Below are positions 41,685-51,940 of a stretch of 64,000 bases of DNA, one piece after another. Location of the stretch: assembly GCA_038851755.1 (NCBI GenBank), contig JAWCKR010000001.1:71139-135138 (forward strand). The letters run 5' to 3'. How positions within the stretch are numbered: the first letter of the stretch is position 1; the number at the start of each line of letters is the position of its first letter. The translations under genes and the position numbers were made by a program. The notes under the pieces were generated by a model, which searched no databases, was not told the origin of the DNA, and saw only the letters and a list, made by a program, of their open reading frames with translations. This stretch comes from Candidatus Hadarchaeales archaeon. Its GTDB lineage: Archaea > Hadarchaeota > Hadarchaeia > Hadarchaeales > WYZ-LMO6.

Positions 41685-42109
41685 AGCTGAAACCCGAACG
41701 GGCGGAGGAGCTGGTGAGGGGGCTGAACTTCAGGGAGGGTCTGGTGACGGCGGTGGTGCAGGACGAGAGGACGGGGGAGGTGCTGATGGTGGCCCACCAG
41801 GACCCGGAGGCCGTGAGGAGGACCCTCACCACGGGGCTGATGCACTACTGGAGCCGCTCCAGGGGGAAGCTCTGGCTGAAGGGGGAGAGCTCCGGGCACG
41901 TGCAGCGCCTGAGGGGTGTGAGGGTGGACTGCGACGGTGACGCCCTCCTCTACAGGGTAAGGCAGGTGGGGGGCGCCTGCCACGAGGGCTACCGCTCCTG
42001 CTTCTTCAGGGGACTGAAGGGTGGAAGGCTGGCGGAGGTGGAGAGGAGGATCTTCGACCCGGAAAAGATTTACGGGGAGGAGGGGAAGCGGAGGAAGGCG
42101 GTGAGATGA
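41681..42109 (+). CDS. hisI: Phosphoribosyl-AMP cyclohydrolase
   Basis: [33 protein letters not shown]. Confidence 0.94.
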
Positions 42110-43293
42110 AGTACGTGGTGGTGCTGGGGGACGGGATGGCGGACCACCCCGTCCGGAGGCTGGGGGGGAAGACCCCTCTGGAGGTGGCCCACAAGCCCAA
42201 CCTGGACTCCCTGGCCAGGGAAGGAGAGATGGGGATGCTGAGGACCGTTCCGAACGGCATGCCCCCGGGATCGGATGTGGCCAACCTCTCCATCCTGGGG
42301 TACAGGCCCGAGACCTGCTACACGGGAAGGGGGCCGCTGGAGGCGGCTGACCTGGGGGTGAGGCTCGGGCCCAACGATGTGGCCTTCAGGTGCAACCTGA
42401 TCACCGAGAAGGACGGGAGGATGCACGACTACTCCGCCGGGCACATCACCACGGAGGAGGCGGCGGAGCTCCTAGGGGAGCTGGGGCGCAGGTTCAGGAA
42501 GGGGGAGTTCCACGTGGGGATCACCTACCGCCACGTCTTCGTCCTCAGGAACTGCGATCCCAGGCTGGAGACCGATCCGCCCCACGAGATCCCGGGGGAG
42601 CCCATAGCCCGGCACCTGGTCAGGCCCCCCGACGATCCCCTGGCCAGGGAACTGAACCGCCTGATGCTGGAGTCCAAGCGGGTCCTCTCGGAGCACCCCG
42701 TCAACAGGGCCAGGGAGATGCAGGGGAAGAACCCTGCGAACATGATCTGGCTCTGGAGCCAGGGGGGGAGGCCCAGGCTGCAGAACTTCAGGAAGAAGTA
42801 CGGGGTGAAGGCCGCCCTGATCTCCGCCGTCCCCCTCATCCGCGGGATAGGGGTGTACACGGGGATGACCCTGGTGAAGGTGCCTGGCGCCACGGGCTAC
42901 TTCGACACCAACTACGAGGGGAAGGCCCTGTACGCGCTCAGGGCGCTGGAAGACCACGACTTCGTCTACCTGCACGTGGAAGCCCCTGACGAGGCCGGGC
43001 ACGAGGGCAACCTGGAGATGAAGGTGAAGGCCATAGAGGACCTGGACCGGAGGCTCCTCGGCCCCCTCCTGGACGGTCTGCCCGAGGGGTGCAGGATAGC
43101 CGTCCTCCCGGACCACCCCACGCCCCTGGAGGTCAAGACCCACGTGGCCGAGCCCGTGCCCTTCGTCATCCACGGCCCCGGGGTGAAAGGGGACGGCATG
43201 ACCTTCTCCGAGAGGAACGGGGAGAAGGGATCGGCGGGCTTCCTGGAGGGGGAAGGGTTCATGCGGAGGTTCCTGGCCACCGGACGCCGGTAG
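42106..43293 (+). CDS. apgM: Cofactor-independent phosphoglycerate mutase (archaeal ApgM)
   Basis: [44 protein letters not shown]. Confidence 0.92.
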   Translation: MKYVVVLGDGMADHPVRRLGGKTPLEVAHKPNLDSLAREGEMGMLRTVPNGMPPGSDVANLSILGYRPETCYTGRGPLEAADLGVRLGPNDVAFRCNLITEKDGRMHDYSAGHITTEEAAELLGELGRRFRKGEFHVGITYRHVFVLRNCDPRLETDPPHEIPGEPIARHLVRPPDDPLARELNRLMLESKRVLSEHPVNRAREMQGKNPANMIWLWSQGGRPRLQNFRKKYGVKAALISAVPLIRGIGVYTGMTLVKVPGATGYFDTNYEGKALYALRALEDHDFVYLHVEAPDEAGHEGNLEMKVKAIEDLDRRLLGPLLDGLPEGCRIAVLPDHPTPLEVKTHVAEPVPFVIHGPGVKGDGMTFSERNGEKGSAGFLEGEGFMRRFLATGRR

Positions 43294-43299
43294 GGTGGT

Positions 43300-44388
43300 C
43301 TACGCCAACCCCTCGAGCGCCTCCACGATCGCGTCCGCCATCTCCCTGGTCCCCACCGCCGAGGGATCGGAGGGGTCGGGCTTCATGTCGTAGGTCACCC
43401 TCTTCCCCTCCGCTATCACCTGCGCCACGGCCCTCTCCAGCCTGGAGGCGGCGTCCACCTCCCCCAGGTACCTGAGCATCATCACCGCGCTCAGGATGGT
43501 GGCCGTGGGGTTCACCTTGTTCTTCCCCGCGTACTTGGGGGCACTGCCGTGGACGGGCTCGAACACCGCTCCCCTCTCCCCGATGTTGGCGCTGGGGGCC
43601 ACCCCCAGTCCACCCACCAGACCGGCGCAGAGGTCGGAGAGGATGTCCCCGTAGAGGTTGGGACACACGAGGACATCGTAGAGTTCGGGCTTCTGGACCA
43701 GCTGCATGGACATGTTGTCCACGATCCTGTCCTCGAACTCTATATCGGGATACTCGTTCGCCACCCTCCTGGCGGTCTCCAGGAAGAGCCCGTCAGAGAA
43801 CTTCAGGATGTTGGCCTTGTGCACGGCGGTGACCTTCCTCCTCCCGTTCCTCCTGGCGTACTCGAAGGCGAACCTCACGATCCTCTCCGAGGCTGCCACC
43901 GAGATGGGCTTCAGGCTCACCCCGGAGTCCTCCCTGAGGGAGATCCCCCTGAGCCTCCTGAGGAACTCCAGGAACTGCCTGGTGTCCTCCTTCCCCCTCT
44001 CGAACTCCACCCCTGCGTACAGGTCCTCGGTGTTCTCCCTGATCACCACCAGGTCCACCCCCTCATACCTGCTCCTCACCCCCCTGTACCACCTGCAGGG
44101 CCTGACGTTGGCGTAGAGGTCCAGGGCCTGCCTGAGGGCCACGTTCACGCTCCTGAAGCCCTTCCCCACGGGGGTGGTGATGGGCCCCTTGAGGGCAACG
44201 CCGTTTCTCCTCACCGACTCCAGCACCTCCTCCGGGAGGGGAGTTCCCTTCTCCCGCATGACCTTCTCCCCGGCCTCCACCACCTCCCACTCTATCCTCA
44301 CCCCCGTGGCCTCCACGCACCTCCGAGCCGCCTCCGTGACCTCGGGGCCCACTCCATCCCCAGGGATGAGGGTGACGCGGTGGACCAT
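43300..44388 (-). CDS. Isocitrate/homoisocitrate/isopropylmalate dehydrogenase family protein
   Basis: [53 protein letters not shown]. Confidence 0.9.
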   Translation of the reverse strand: MVHRVTLIPGDGVGPEVTEAARRCVEATGVRIEWEVVEAGEKVMREKGTPLPEEVLESVRRNGVALKGPITTPVGKGFRSVNVALRQALDLYANVRPCRWYRGVRSRYEGVDLVVIRENTEDLYAGVEFERGKEDTRQFLEFLRRLRGISLREDSGVSLKPISVAASERIVRFAFEYARRNGRRKVTAVHKANILKFSDGLFLETARRVANEYPDIEFEDRIVDNMSMQLVQKPELYDVLVCPNLYGDILSDLCAGLVGGLGVAPSANIGERGAVFEPVHGSAPKYAGKNKVNPTATILSAVMMLRYLGEVDAASRLERAVAQVIAEGKRVTYDMKPDPSDPSAVGTREMADAIVEALEGLA

Positions 44389-44393
44389 TCTCC

Positions 44394-45707
44394 TCAGACC
44401 TCGAAACCCGCCTTCCTGGCCAGCTGCCTGAACTCCTCGTCCCTCAGGGGCATCCTGCGGGTTCCGTTGACGAACTTCTCCTTGATGACCTCCACCAGCT
44501 GCTCGAGCCTGGGGTCCTTCTCCTCCACCGGCCTCCCCAGTATCTCCTGCAGCCTGAGCCTGATCCCGTGCTTCCCGGACCTCTTCCCTATCACGATGGT
44601 CCTGCGCTGTCCCACCAGCTCGGGAGGGAAGGGCTCGTACGTGAGGGGAAGGGCGGAGATCCCCTGCAGGTGGATCCCGGACTCGTGGGCGAAGGCCGCG
44701 TCCCCCACGATGGCCTTGTTGAGGGGGAGGTGGTACCCGGTGGCGGAGGAGAAGAGGAGGGCCAGCTCCCTGAGGGGGGCGAAGTTCCACTTGGTCACGT
44801 CGTGGTGCAGGTAGCAGTTGAGCATGACCTTCTCCGTCTCCGCGTTCCCCGCCCTGTCCCCCACCCCCAGGAAGGTCGTGCTCACGTAAACCTTGTCGTA
44901 GAGCCCCGAGGCCGCCCTCACCGCCGCCATGGTGTTCTCCACCGCGTTCCCGAGATCGTCGTGCGCGTGGATCTCCACGTAGGGGATCCTGGTCTCCCTG
45001 CGGATGTGCCTGATCTTGGCCGGGATGCCGTTGGGGAGGGTGGCGAGGGGATCGGAGAGGCCCACCCCCACCGTGTCGCAGATGCGGTAGACCGTGGCAC
45101 CGGCCTCCGCCACGGCGTTGATGAACAGCCTCTCGAACTCCCAGTCCGCCCTGGTGCTGTCCTCCCCGTGCACGAAGACGGTGAGGCCGTGCTCCGCCGC
45201 GTAGGAGACCACCTCCACCACCCTCTCCAGCAGCTGGAGGGGGGTGCTCTCCCACTTCTCGAAGTGGATGTAGGAGACCGGATGCGAGATGCCCACCTGC
45301 TTGAAGTCCAGGGAGAGGGCCGCGTCCACGTCCTCCTTGGAGGCCCTGCACCAGGCCGCCATCATGTCCCCCAGCCCGGCATCCCTCATGAGCTTCACGG
45401 CCTGCTGGTCCGTCTTCGTGAAGGTGAGGACCTCCAGCCTCTCCACCCCCAGGTCCCTCAGGAGGCAGGCGATGCGGCAGGTGTCCTCGGGCTTCGGGGT
45501 GACCATCCCGGCCATCTGCAGGCCCTCCCGGAGGGTGGTGTCGTCCACCACCACCTCCACGTTGAGCGGGACGGGACGGTATACCAGCTTGCGCAGGCGC
45601 TCCCACTTCTCCCTGTCGAAGTGGGGGGAGGAGAGCTCCCTCAGCAGGGTAAGCTCCTGCAGCCTCTTCTTCTGGAAGGAATCCTCTCCGGGTTTCAAAG
45701 GCTCCAC
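44394..45707 (-). CDS. DRE-TIM acyltransferase (homocitrate synthase/Re-citrate synthase-like, no LeuA regulatory domain)
   Basis: [50 protein letters not shown]. Confidence 0.85.
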   Translation of the reverse strand: MEPLKPGEDSFQKKRLQELTLLRELSSPHFDREKWERLRKLVYRPVPLNVEVVVDDTTLREGLQMAGMVTPKPEDTCRIACLLRDLGVERLEVLTFTKTDQQAVKLMRDAGLGDMMAAWCRASKEDVDAALSLDFKQVGISHPVSYIHFEKWESTPLQLLERVVEVVSYAAEHGLTVFVHGEDSTRADWEFERLFINAVAEAGATVYRICDTVGVGLSDPLATLPNGIPAKIRHIRRETRIPYVEIHAHDDLGNAVENTMAAVRAASGLYDKVYVSTTFLGVGDRAGNAETEKVMLNCYLHHDVTKWNFAPLRELALLFSSATGYHLPLNKAIVGDAAFAHESGIHLQGISALPLTYEPFPPELVGQRRTIVIGKRSGKHGIRLRLQEILGRPVEEKDPRLEQLVEVIKEKFVNGTRRMPLRDEEFRQLARKAGFEV

Positions 45708-45728
45708 GATTTTTAACGGGGGTTCTGC

Positions 45729-46790
45729 CTAATTAGCCTTCCGAAAGCCTTTCCCCTCCACCGAGAGCTTGGAGGGACTCCCCAATCCCCCTTCCACCGA
45801 GAACTTCACCCCGAGCATCCCCTCCACCAGCTCCACGTTGGTGAGGGCGTGGAGGGTGAGATGGGTGCTCCAGAGCTCCGACCTCCCCTCCGCCAGGGCC
45901 ACATAGGGGACGAGCTGATCCGTGAGGTACCTGTCCACGGCATGCCCCGTCCTCAGCTCCTCCAGCAGGAACTCCGCCGCCTCCCTTCCCACCTTCTCCG
46001 CGGGCTTCCCCGGCCTGCCCAGGGAACTGCTCCCCAGGATCCCTCCCCTCGAGGTGAGGGCCCAGAGGACCACCCCGCTCCCGGGCCCTGGAGAGGGTCC
46101 CTCCGGTGTTTCCACCCTCACCCTGGCCCCGTATCCCTCCTTCAGGAGGCGAAGCTTGGCGGCATGGGCCTGCCTGGTGGCCACATGGGGGGGCAAACCC
46201 GCGCAGTGGGAGATCCCCTCCACCCTCTCCACCCTCCCCGCCTCGGTGAGCTCCAGGGATCGAAGCACCTCCACGGGATGGGTCCTCACCACCACCTTTC
46301 CCCCTCCCTTCGGGTAGTGACCCCTCCGGAGGCACTCCAGCTCCACCCTGTATCCCATCCTGGCCAGCACGGGAAGGGTCACGTGCCTGAAGTAATCCAC
46401 CGGAGGGGCGAGGGGATTGTCCGTTCCCCCCGTCACCTCCACCTCCGCGGGCCCCGAGGCGAAAGCCAGGGGGGGAAGCAGGGCCTGCAGGAGGAGGATG
46501 GTGCTCCCGGCCGTGCCTATGTCAAACCTGTACTTCCCCCCCAGGATCTCCCCGGGCTCGAAGTAGACCTCCGTGGAGCCGAGCTCCGTCCCCTTCACCC
46601 TCGCCCCCGCGACCTCCGACAGGGCCTCCACTCCCCTCAGGTGCTGGGGTTGCAGGCCTGGCTTCTTGCGCTTCACCCTGACGTTGTAGACCCTCACCGG
46701 CCTTCCCATCACCGCCGACAGGGCCAGGGCCGTGCGGAGGACCGCTCCCCCGCCTTCCCCTCTGGATCCATCTATCTCCAGGAATCCCAT
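45729..46790 (-). CDS. rtcA: RNA 3'-terminal phosphate cyclase
   Basis: IDGS.GEGGG, PGLQPQH, GTAGS, GGTD, RRG.YPKGGG, DQL, HALTN. Confidence 0.94.
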   Translation of the reverse strand: MGFLEIDGSRGEGGGAVLRTALALSAVMGRPVRVYNVRVKRKKPGLQPQHLRGVEALSEVAGARVKGTELGSTEVYFEPGEILGGKYRFDIGTAGSTILLLQALLPPLAFASGPAEVEVTGGTDNPLAPPVDYFRHVTLPVLARMGYRVELECLRRGHYPKGGGKVVVRTHPVEVLRSLELTEAGRVERVEGISHCAGLPPHVATRQAHAAKLRLLKEGYGARVRVETPEGPSPGPGSGVVLWALTSRGGILGSSSLGRPGKPAEKVGREAAEFLLEELRTGHAVDRYLTDQLVPYVALAEGRSELWSTHLTLHALTNVELVEGMLGVKFSVEGGLGSPSKLSVEGKGFRKAN

Positions 46791-46849
46791 TCCAAAAACC
46801 CACCTCTCTCCCCGTTAGAGCTTTTCGGAGAAACCCCCGATTTCTCTGG

Positions 46850-47263
46850 ATGGAACTGCGCTCCAGGGTGCTGGAGCTCACCTCCCTCATCCCAAGGGGA
46901 AGGGTGACCACCTACGCAGAGCTGGCCAGGGCGGCGGGTAAGCCCGGAGCCTGCAGGGCGGTGGGGCTCATCCTCTCCCGCAACCCGAGACCGGTGGAGA
47001 TCCCCTGCCACAGGGTGGTGAGGTCGGACGGAAGGGTGGGGGGCTACGCGCTGGGGGAGAGGAAGAAGGTGGAGCTGCTGAAGGGGGAGGGGGTGGAGGT
47101 GAAGGAAGGGAGGGTGGACCTGAACAGGTTCATGTTCCGGTTTTGCTGGGACCGAGCAGGCGATCGCTCCGGGAGAGGTCCCTCATCCTCCCCACCCCGT
47201 CGATCTCCTCGATCACCCTCACCACGGCTGGAGGGACCAGCTGCTCCCACTTCTTCCCCTTGA
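46850..47263 (+). CDS. ogt: Methylated-DNA-protein cysteine methyltransferase (short MGMT)
   Basis: IPRGRVTTY.ELA, RAVG, PCHRVV active-site motif. Confidence 0.88.
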   Translation: MELRSRVLELTSLIPRGRVTTYAELARAAGKPGACRAVGLILSRNPRPVEIPCHRVVRSDGRVGGYALGERKKVELLKGEGVEVKEGRVDLNRFMFRFCWDRAGDRSGRGPSSSPPRRSPRSPSPRLEGPAAPTSSP

Positions 47264-47678
47264 CCATGCGCTCCCTGATCTTCGTCCCCATCAGGTCCCT
47301 CCGGTTGTACATGGGAAAGGACCTCACCTCGTAGCCCGCCTCCTTGAAGAGCCTCCTGACCAGCGGGTTTCCGGTGTAGACCACGGAAAAGGGGGGGGAG
47401 TAGGAGAGCACGTGGGAGACCCAGAGGGCGTTGTTGTTCACATCGGGGATGGGGACGATGTGGACCCTCGAGGTCCCTATTCCCTCCTCCGCCAGGGCCC
47501 TCCCGAGCATGAGCATGCGCTCCCCGGCCGTGAAGGGGTTCTCCAGGGTGTGGCTCTCCTGGGCGCTCCCTATCCCTATGATGAGCTCGTCCACCTCCTT
47601 CAGGATCCGCTCGAAGACCTTCAGGTGCCCCCTGTGGGGGGGCTGGAAGCGTCCGATGAAGAGGGCCCTCCTCACCAT
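47130..47678 (-). CDS. nadM: Nicotinamide-nucleotide adenylyltransferase
   Basis: IGRFQPPHRGH, IGSAQESHTLENPFTAGER. Confidence 0.94.
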   Translation of the reverse strand: MVRRALFIGRFQPPHRGHLKVFERILKEVDELIIGIGSAQESHTLENPFTAGERMLMLGRALAEEGIGTSRVHIVPIPDVNNNALWVSHVLSYSPPFSVVYTGNPLVRRLFKEAGYEVRSFPMYNRRDLMGTKIRERMVKGKKWEQLVPPAVVRVIEEIDGVGRMRDLSRSDRLLGPSKTGT

Positions 47679-47741
47679 CCTCTCCCCCATCCCCCTTGGT
47701 TCCCACCCCTTTTATTCCTCCCCACGGAAGGAAGAAAGAAC

Positions 47742-49022
47742 ATGCAGGTGAGGGAGGCGAGGAAGGGAAGGTCCACGCCCGAGATGAGGGCGGTGGCGAG
47801 GGAGGAAGGGGTACCCCTTTCCCTCGTGGTGAGGGGGGTGGCGGAGGGCAGGATCGTCATACCCCACAACCCCTGCAGGAAGGAGAGGATCCGTGCCAGG
47901 GGGATAGGGGAGGGACTGAGGGTCAAGGTCAACGCCAACGTGGGCTCCTCGCCGGACTACGTGAAGGTCGAGGAGGAGGTGGAGAAAGCCAGGGTGGCGC
48001 AGGAGTGCGGGGCCGATGCGGTGATGGACCTGAGCATAGGGGGGGACCTGGACCTGATAAGGAGGAGAATCCTGAAGGAGGTGAGCCTGCCCGTGGGGAC
48101 CGTGCCCATCTACCAGGCCGGGATAGAGGCCTCGAAGAAGGGGAGTCTGCTGGACATGACCTCGGACGACATGTTCAACACCATAAGGAGGCAAGCGAAG
48201 GACGGGGTGGACTTCGTCACCGTGCACTGCGGGGTGACCAGGGAGGTGGTGGAGAAGCTGGGGGGGAAGAGGCTGCTGGGGATCGTGAGCAGGGGAGGGG
48301 CCTTCCTGGCCGCCTGGATCCTGAAGAGGGGGGAGGAGAACCCGCTCTACAGGGAGTTCGACTACCTGCTGGAGGTGGCCTCGGAGTTCGACCTCGTCCT
48401 GAGCCTGGGGGACGGCCTGCGCCCCGGGAGCATAGGGGACGCCTCCGACTACTTCCAGCTGCACGAGCTCATGACCCTGGGAGGACTGGTGGAGAGGGCC
48501 AGGGAAAAGGGGGTGCAGGCCATGGTGGAGGGACCGGGGCACCTGCCGCTGGACCAGGTGGAATGGAACGTGAAGCTGGAGAAGGCCGTGTGCAAGGGGG
48601 CGCCCTTCTACGTGCTGGGACCGGTGGTGACGGACCTGGCCCCCGGCTACGACCACCTGGTGGGTGCGATAGGGGGGGCCGTGGCCGGGATGGCGGGGGC
48701 TGACTTCCTGTGCTACGTGACACCCTCCGAGCACCTCTGTCTCCCCTCCGTGGAGGACGTGAGGGAAGGGGTGATCGCCACGAAGATAGCGGCCCACGTG
48801 GCTGACGTGGCCAGGGGCATAGACCTGGAGAAGGAAGTGGAGATGGGGAGGGCGCGGAAGGAGCTGGACTGGGAGAAGCAGTTCAGGCTCTCCCTCTACC
48901 CGGAGAGGGCGAGGAGGATCAGGGGCGAGAGGCCGCCCAGGGTCGACCCCAGCACCTGCAGCATGTGCTCCAAGTTCTGCGTCATCAAGTTCCTGGGGGA
49001 GGTGCTGGAGGGCAAAGCCTGA
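47742..49022 (+). CDS. thiC: Phosphomethylpyrimidine synthase
   Basis: KVNANVG.S, MDLS, GTVPIYQ, VSRGG, SLGDGLRPG, EGPGH, YVTPSEHL, CSMCSKFC. Confidence 0.92.
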   Translation: MQVREARKGRSTPEMRAVAREEGVPLSLVVRGVAEGRIVIPHNPCRKERIRARGIGEGLRVKVNANVGSSPDYVKVEEEVEKARVAQECGADAVMDLSIGGDLDLIRRRILKEVSLPVGTVPIYQAGIEASKKGSLLDMTSDDMFNTIRRQAKDGVDFVTVHCGVTREVVEKLGGKRLLGIVSRGGAFLAAWILKRGEENPLYREFDYLLEVASEFDLVLSLGDGLRPGSIGDASDYFQLHELMTLGGLVERAREKGVQAMVEGPGHLPLDQVEWNVKLEKAVCKGAPFYVLGPVVTDLAPGYDHLVGAIGGAVAGMAGADFLCYVTPSEHLCLPSVEDVREGVIATKIAAHVADVARGIDLEKEVEMGRARKELDWEKQFRLSLYPERARRIRGERPPRVDPSTCSMCSKFCVIKFLGEVLEGKA

Positions 49023-49049
49023 AAGGGGCCGCCTCTTGGGGGCGAACGG

Positions 49050-50114
49050 CTAGGGTGCTTTCAGCACCTCCGCCAGCTTCGCCAGCATCTCCTCTATGTC
49101 CTGGTGGGTGATGTACCCCATGTTCCCTATCCTGAACGTCCTCTCCTTCAGCCTCCCGTAGCCCTGCGCCAGCTCCACCCCCTTCTCCCTCATCCTCCTG
49201 TAGATCTCCTGCCCGCTCAGGTGCGCGGGCGCGTTGACGCAGAAGATGGTGGGACTGGCGTACTTTTCCTCCGTGAAGAGGGTGAGGCCCAGGTCCTTCA
49301 CTCCCTGCAGGATCCTCCTCGCCCTCCCGGCGTACTCCTCGAAGTACCTCCCCTTCCCCTTCTCCTCGATCATCCTCAGGATCCTGTTCAGGGCCAGGAT
49401 GAGGGGGATGGGCGGGGTGACGGGGGTCTCGTCCTTCTGCTGGGAGCGATCGTACCTCTCGAAGTCGAAGTACCACCCCTTGCTCGTCATCTCCCTTGAC
49501 CTCGCCATGGCCTCCTCCGACACCGACACCACGGCCATGCCCGGGGGAAGACCCAGGCACTTCTGGGAGCCCGCGAAGCACACGTCCACCCCCAGCCTTT
49601 CAGGGGAGAACTCCACTCCACCGAGCGCGCTCACGGCATCCACCAGCAGGAGCTTCCCGTGCCCCTTCACCACCTCCGCCAGCTCGGGGAGGGGGTTGAG
49701 CAGGCCGAGGCTGGTCTCGGAGTAGGTCACGGTGACGGCCTCCACGTCGGGGTGCCGGCGGAGCTCCTCCTCCAGCCTGTCGGGCAGGACCGGTTTTCCT
49801 GGCTCCGTCTGCAGAACCACCACCTCCCTGCCGTTGGCCTCCGCCACCTTCGCGTACCTCTCACCGAACTCCCCCGTCACCGTGCAGAGGAGTTTCTTCT
49901 TCACGCAGTTCCTGACGGAGGCCTCCATCAGCCCCGTGCTGGAGCTCGGGAAGAGGAAGACCCTCTGCCGGGTGTCCAGGAACCACCTCAGCCTCTCCAC
50001 CGTGTCCCTGTGCAGGCGGTGGTACTCCTCGCTCCGGTGGCTGAACATCTGCCTGCCCATCTCCTGAAGGACCTCTGGGTAGCAGGCCACCGGGCCCGCC
50101 GTGAAGAGCTTCAC
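49050..50114 (-). CDS. Class V aminotransferase (serine-pyruvate/alanine-glyoxylate type)
   Basis: FTAGP, SHRS, GEFGER, ETS.G, DAVS, GSQKCLGLPPG, FRIGNMG. Confidence 0.9.
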   Translation of the reverse strand: MKLFTAGPVACYPEVLQEMGRQMFSHRSEEYHRLHRDTVERLRWFLDTRQRVFLFPSSSTGLMEASVRNCVKKKLLCTVTGEFGERYAKVAEANGREVVVLQTEPGKPVLPDRLEEELRRHPDVEAVTVTYSETSLGLLNPLPELAEVVKGHGKLLLVDAVSALGGVEFSPERLGVDVCFAGSQKCLGLPPGMAVVSVSEEAMARSREMTSKGWYFDFERYDRSQQKDETPVTPPIPLILALNRILRMIEEKGKGRYFEEYAGRARRILQGVKDLGLTLFTEEKYASPTIFCVNAPAHLSGQEIYRRMREKGVELAQGYGRLKERTFRIGNMGYITHQDIEEMLAKLAEVLKAP

Positions 50115-50119
50115 AGGTA

Positions 50120-50150
50120 TCTCCCTTAAAGGGAAGGAAGCTATAAAAGG
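50120..50150. promoter_or_regulatory. Overlapping divergent TATA boxes for the aminotransferase and tRNA-Pro
   Basis: CTTAAA at 50125-50130 lies ~25 nt before the tRNA; TTTTATAG on the minus strand (50148-50141) lies ~27 nt before the GTG at 50114. Confidence 0.5.
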
Positions 50151-50152
50151 AT

Positions 50153-50229
50153 GGGGCCGTGGGGTAACTTGGCCAGCCTACCAGCTTGGGGTGCTGGCGA
50201 TCTGGGTTCAAATCCCGGCGGCCCCACCA
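50153..50229 (+). tRNA. tRNA-Pro(GGG), no intron, CCA encoded
   Basis: Acceptor stem GGGGCCG/CGGCCCC, anticodon arm CCAGC-TTGGGGT-GCTGG, T-loop GGTTCAAATCC, ends ACCA. Confidence 0.95.
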
Positions 50230-50273
50230 GCGGCCCGCGGACCTGCGCCTGCTCCCAGCACGCCGGCCGGGGC

Positions 50274-50612
50274 TCAGCACTCTCGGGATTTTCCCCCGGG
50301 TCCCCTCCCGCGGAGCCTGGTCGCCCTGATGGGGTCCAGCCGTGTGAAGGGGGGAGTGACGACGATCCTCGCGTCCACGAGCCACTCCTCCACGCCACCG
50401 GAGGAACCCGGTTCTGCAACACGACACTCCCTGCACCTGAAAAGGAGGTACAGGGCACCCCCCTCGACGAAGGCCACGTGTACCTGGGCCGGCTCCCCGC
50501 TCAGGATCTCCTTCCCGCAGGAGCCGCAGCGCACCAGGCTCCCCACCAGGACCCAGGACCTCCTCAGGACCCTCAAAATCCGCACAGGTATGCGTTTGCT
50601 CCTCACCAACAC
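50274..50612 (-). CDS. Hypothetical Zn-finger protein (CxxC...CxxC)
   Basis: CGSC and CREC motifs; last gene of the minus-strand operon; start uncertain. Confidence 0.6.
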   Translation of the reverse strand: MLVRSKRIPVRILRVLRRSWVLVGSLVRCGSCGKEILSGEPAQVHVAFVEGGALYLLFRCRECRVAEPGSSGGVEEWLVDARIVVTPPFTRLDPIRATRLRGRGPGGKSREC

Positions 50613-50617
50613 CCTCT

Positions 50618-51142
50618 CTACCGTTTTTTCCCCTCGGCCTTCCACTGGGTCCTCAGCTCCTCCAAGAGCCCGGGATTTGCCTCCTCAAGGATTTGCTCTA
50701 TCAGGCGCCTGACGGCTTCCCCCCTTATCGGCTCGTGGCAGTGGCCGCAACCAAAACCATACTCCTCCCCGAAGTAGAAGTTCTTGAGCACGGATTCCCC
50801 TTTCTCGGCTTTCCACCTGGCCTTCACCCTCACCAGGAGTTCCGGGTTAGCCACCGCCAAAACCCCATCGATCACATATCTGATGAGGTCCTCAGGTATC
50901 CCCCCTCCGCACGCCGGGCATATGAAGAACCTCTTCCCGGCGTAGAGCTCCTCCAGCCAGGAAAAATCCTCTTCCTCTCCTTTCCTTTGGGCCCTCATCT
51001 CCCTCAGCATCTCTGGGTTGGCATCCAGCAGGATCCGCTCCACCAACCACCTGAGATCCTCCTTCTCCACTTCCTTCCCGCACCTGGGGCAAGGAAAGGT
51101 AAGCTCACCAGACCATATCCTCCGGATCCTCATCCCTTTCAT
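50618..51142 (-). CDS. Hypothetical protein with three tandem CxxC-helix-ANP repeats
   Basis: FPCPRC...DANPEMLREMRAQRKGE / FICPAC...VANPELLVRVKARWKAE / FGCGHC...EANPGLLEELRTQWKAE. Confidence 0.8.
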   Translation of the reverse strand: MKGMRIRRIWSGELTFPCPRCGKEVEKEDLRWLVERILLDANPEMLREMRAQRKGEEEDFSWLEELYAGKRFFICPACGGGIPEDLIRYVIDGVLAVANPELLVRVKARWKAEKGESVLKNFYFGEEYGFGCGHCHEPIRGEAVRRLIEQILEEANPGLLEELRTQWKAEGKKR

Positions 51143-51923
51143 CCTCCTCGAAGCGCAGGTGAAACATCAACGATTCGAGCTCGTGCATCAGCATCCGCAC
51201 GCGCCCCAACTCCCACCAGTTCCTCCTTCTCCTCCTGAGCGTGCTTATGCTCTCAGGCCTATCGCGGATGGCCAGGTACTTGGCCAGCACCAGGTCGTAG
51301 ATGGGGAGTTTTTCACCATCCCTCACCTGCACGCAGAAACGCTCCCTTCCGTCCGGGGAGAGCACCTCACCCCTCTTCGTGAGCAGGTACTCCCTTCCGT
51401 TCGCCGCCTTCACCAGGATCTTCCCCTCCCCCAGGAGCTTTTCCGTCAGTTCCTCCCCCAGCACGCTCCTGAGCGTCCGCAGCGCCCTCTCCTCGGCCTC
51501 CCTCTTGGAGGAGAGGAGCAGCTCGGCCAGCTCCCAGGCCCTCTCGGGGGTGAGCTCCCAGAAACCCTGCACACATACCTTGATCCACTCCTCCAGTTCC
51601 TTCCAGCCCACCTCGAAGTCCCCCAGGAAGAACTTCCCGTCCCTCACCTCCAGGACGCCGAGGGGCAGGGAGCGGTGCTCCTGCTCAAAGAGACCCTCCA
51701 CCCCCTTTTCAAGGTGCCCGGGGGAGGGGTTCCTCCTCAGCCTTTTGCGGAACCCCTCCATGTAGAGTCTGAGCTTCCCCTCCATCCTGGCCTTCCTCAC
51801 TCCCTCCAGGAAGAACCCCAGCCCATCAACCGAGTGACACTCCTGCCCACTATCGAGGAAGTGCCTCCTCTCCCCCGGACCCTGGAGGTGGATCTCCCCG
51901 ATCTCCTCGACCGTCCGCGACAA
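51105..51923 (-). CDS. Hypothetical protein, partner of the ubiquitin-like gene
   Basis: SD-like AGGAGGGAGG before a TTG start; C-terminal AEERALRTL...GREYLL...FCVQV...LPIYDLVLAKYLAI domain. Confidence 0.75.
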   Translation of the reverse strand: MSRTVEEIGEIHLQGPGERRHFLDSGQECHSVDGLGFFLEGVRKARMEGKLRLYMEGFRKRLRRNPSPGHLEKGVEGLFEQEHRSLPLGVLEVRDGKFFLGDFEVGWKELEEWIKVCVQGFWELTPERAWELAELLLSSKREAEERALRTLRSVLGEELTEKLLGEGKILVKAANGREYLLTKRGEVLSPDGRERFCVQVRDGEKLPIYDLVLAKYLAIRDRPESISTLRRRRRNWWELGRVRMLMHELESLMFHLRFEEDERDEDPEDMVW

Positions 51924-51940
51924 GACGGATCCTCCCTCCT

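Noticed and set aside
43300-45606. 768-aa ORF suggesting a fused dehydrogenase
   Set aside because: The N-terminal half is an off-frame reading of the upstream synthase; the real start is ATG 44388.
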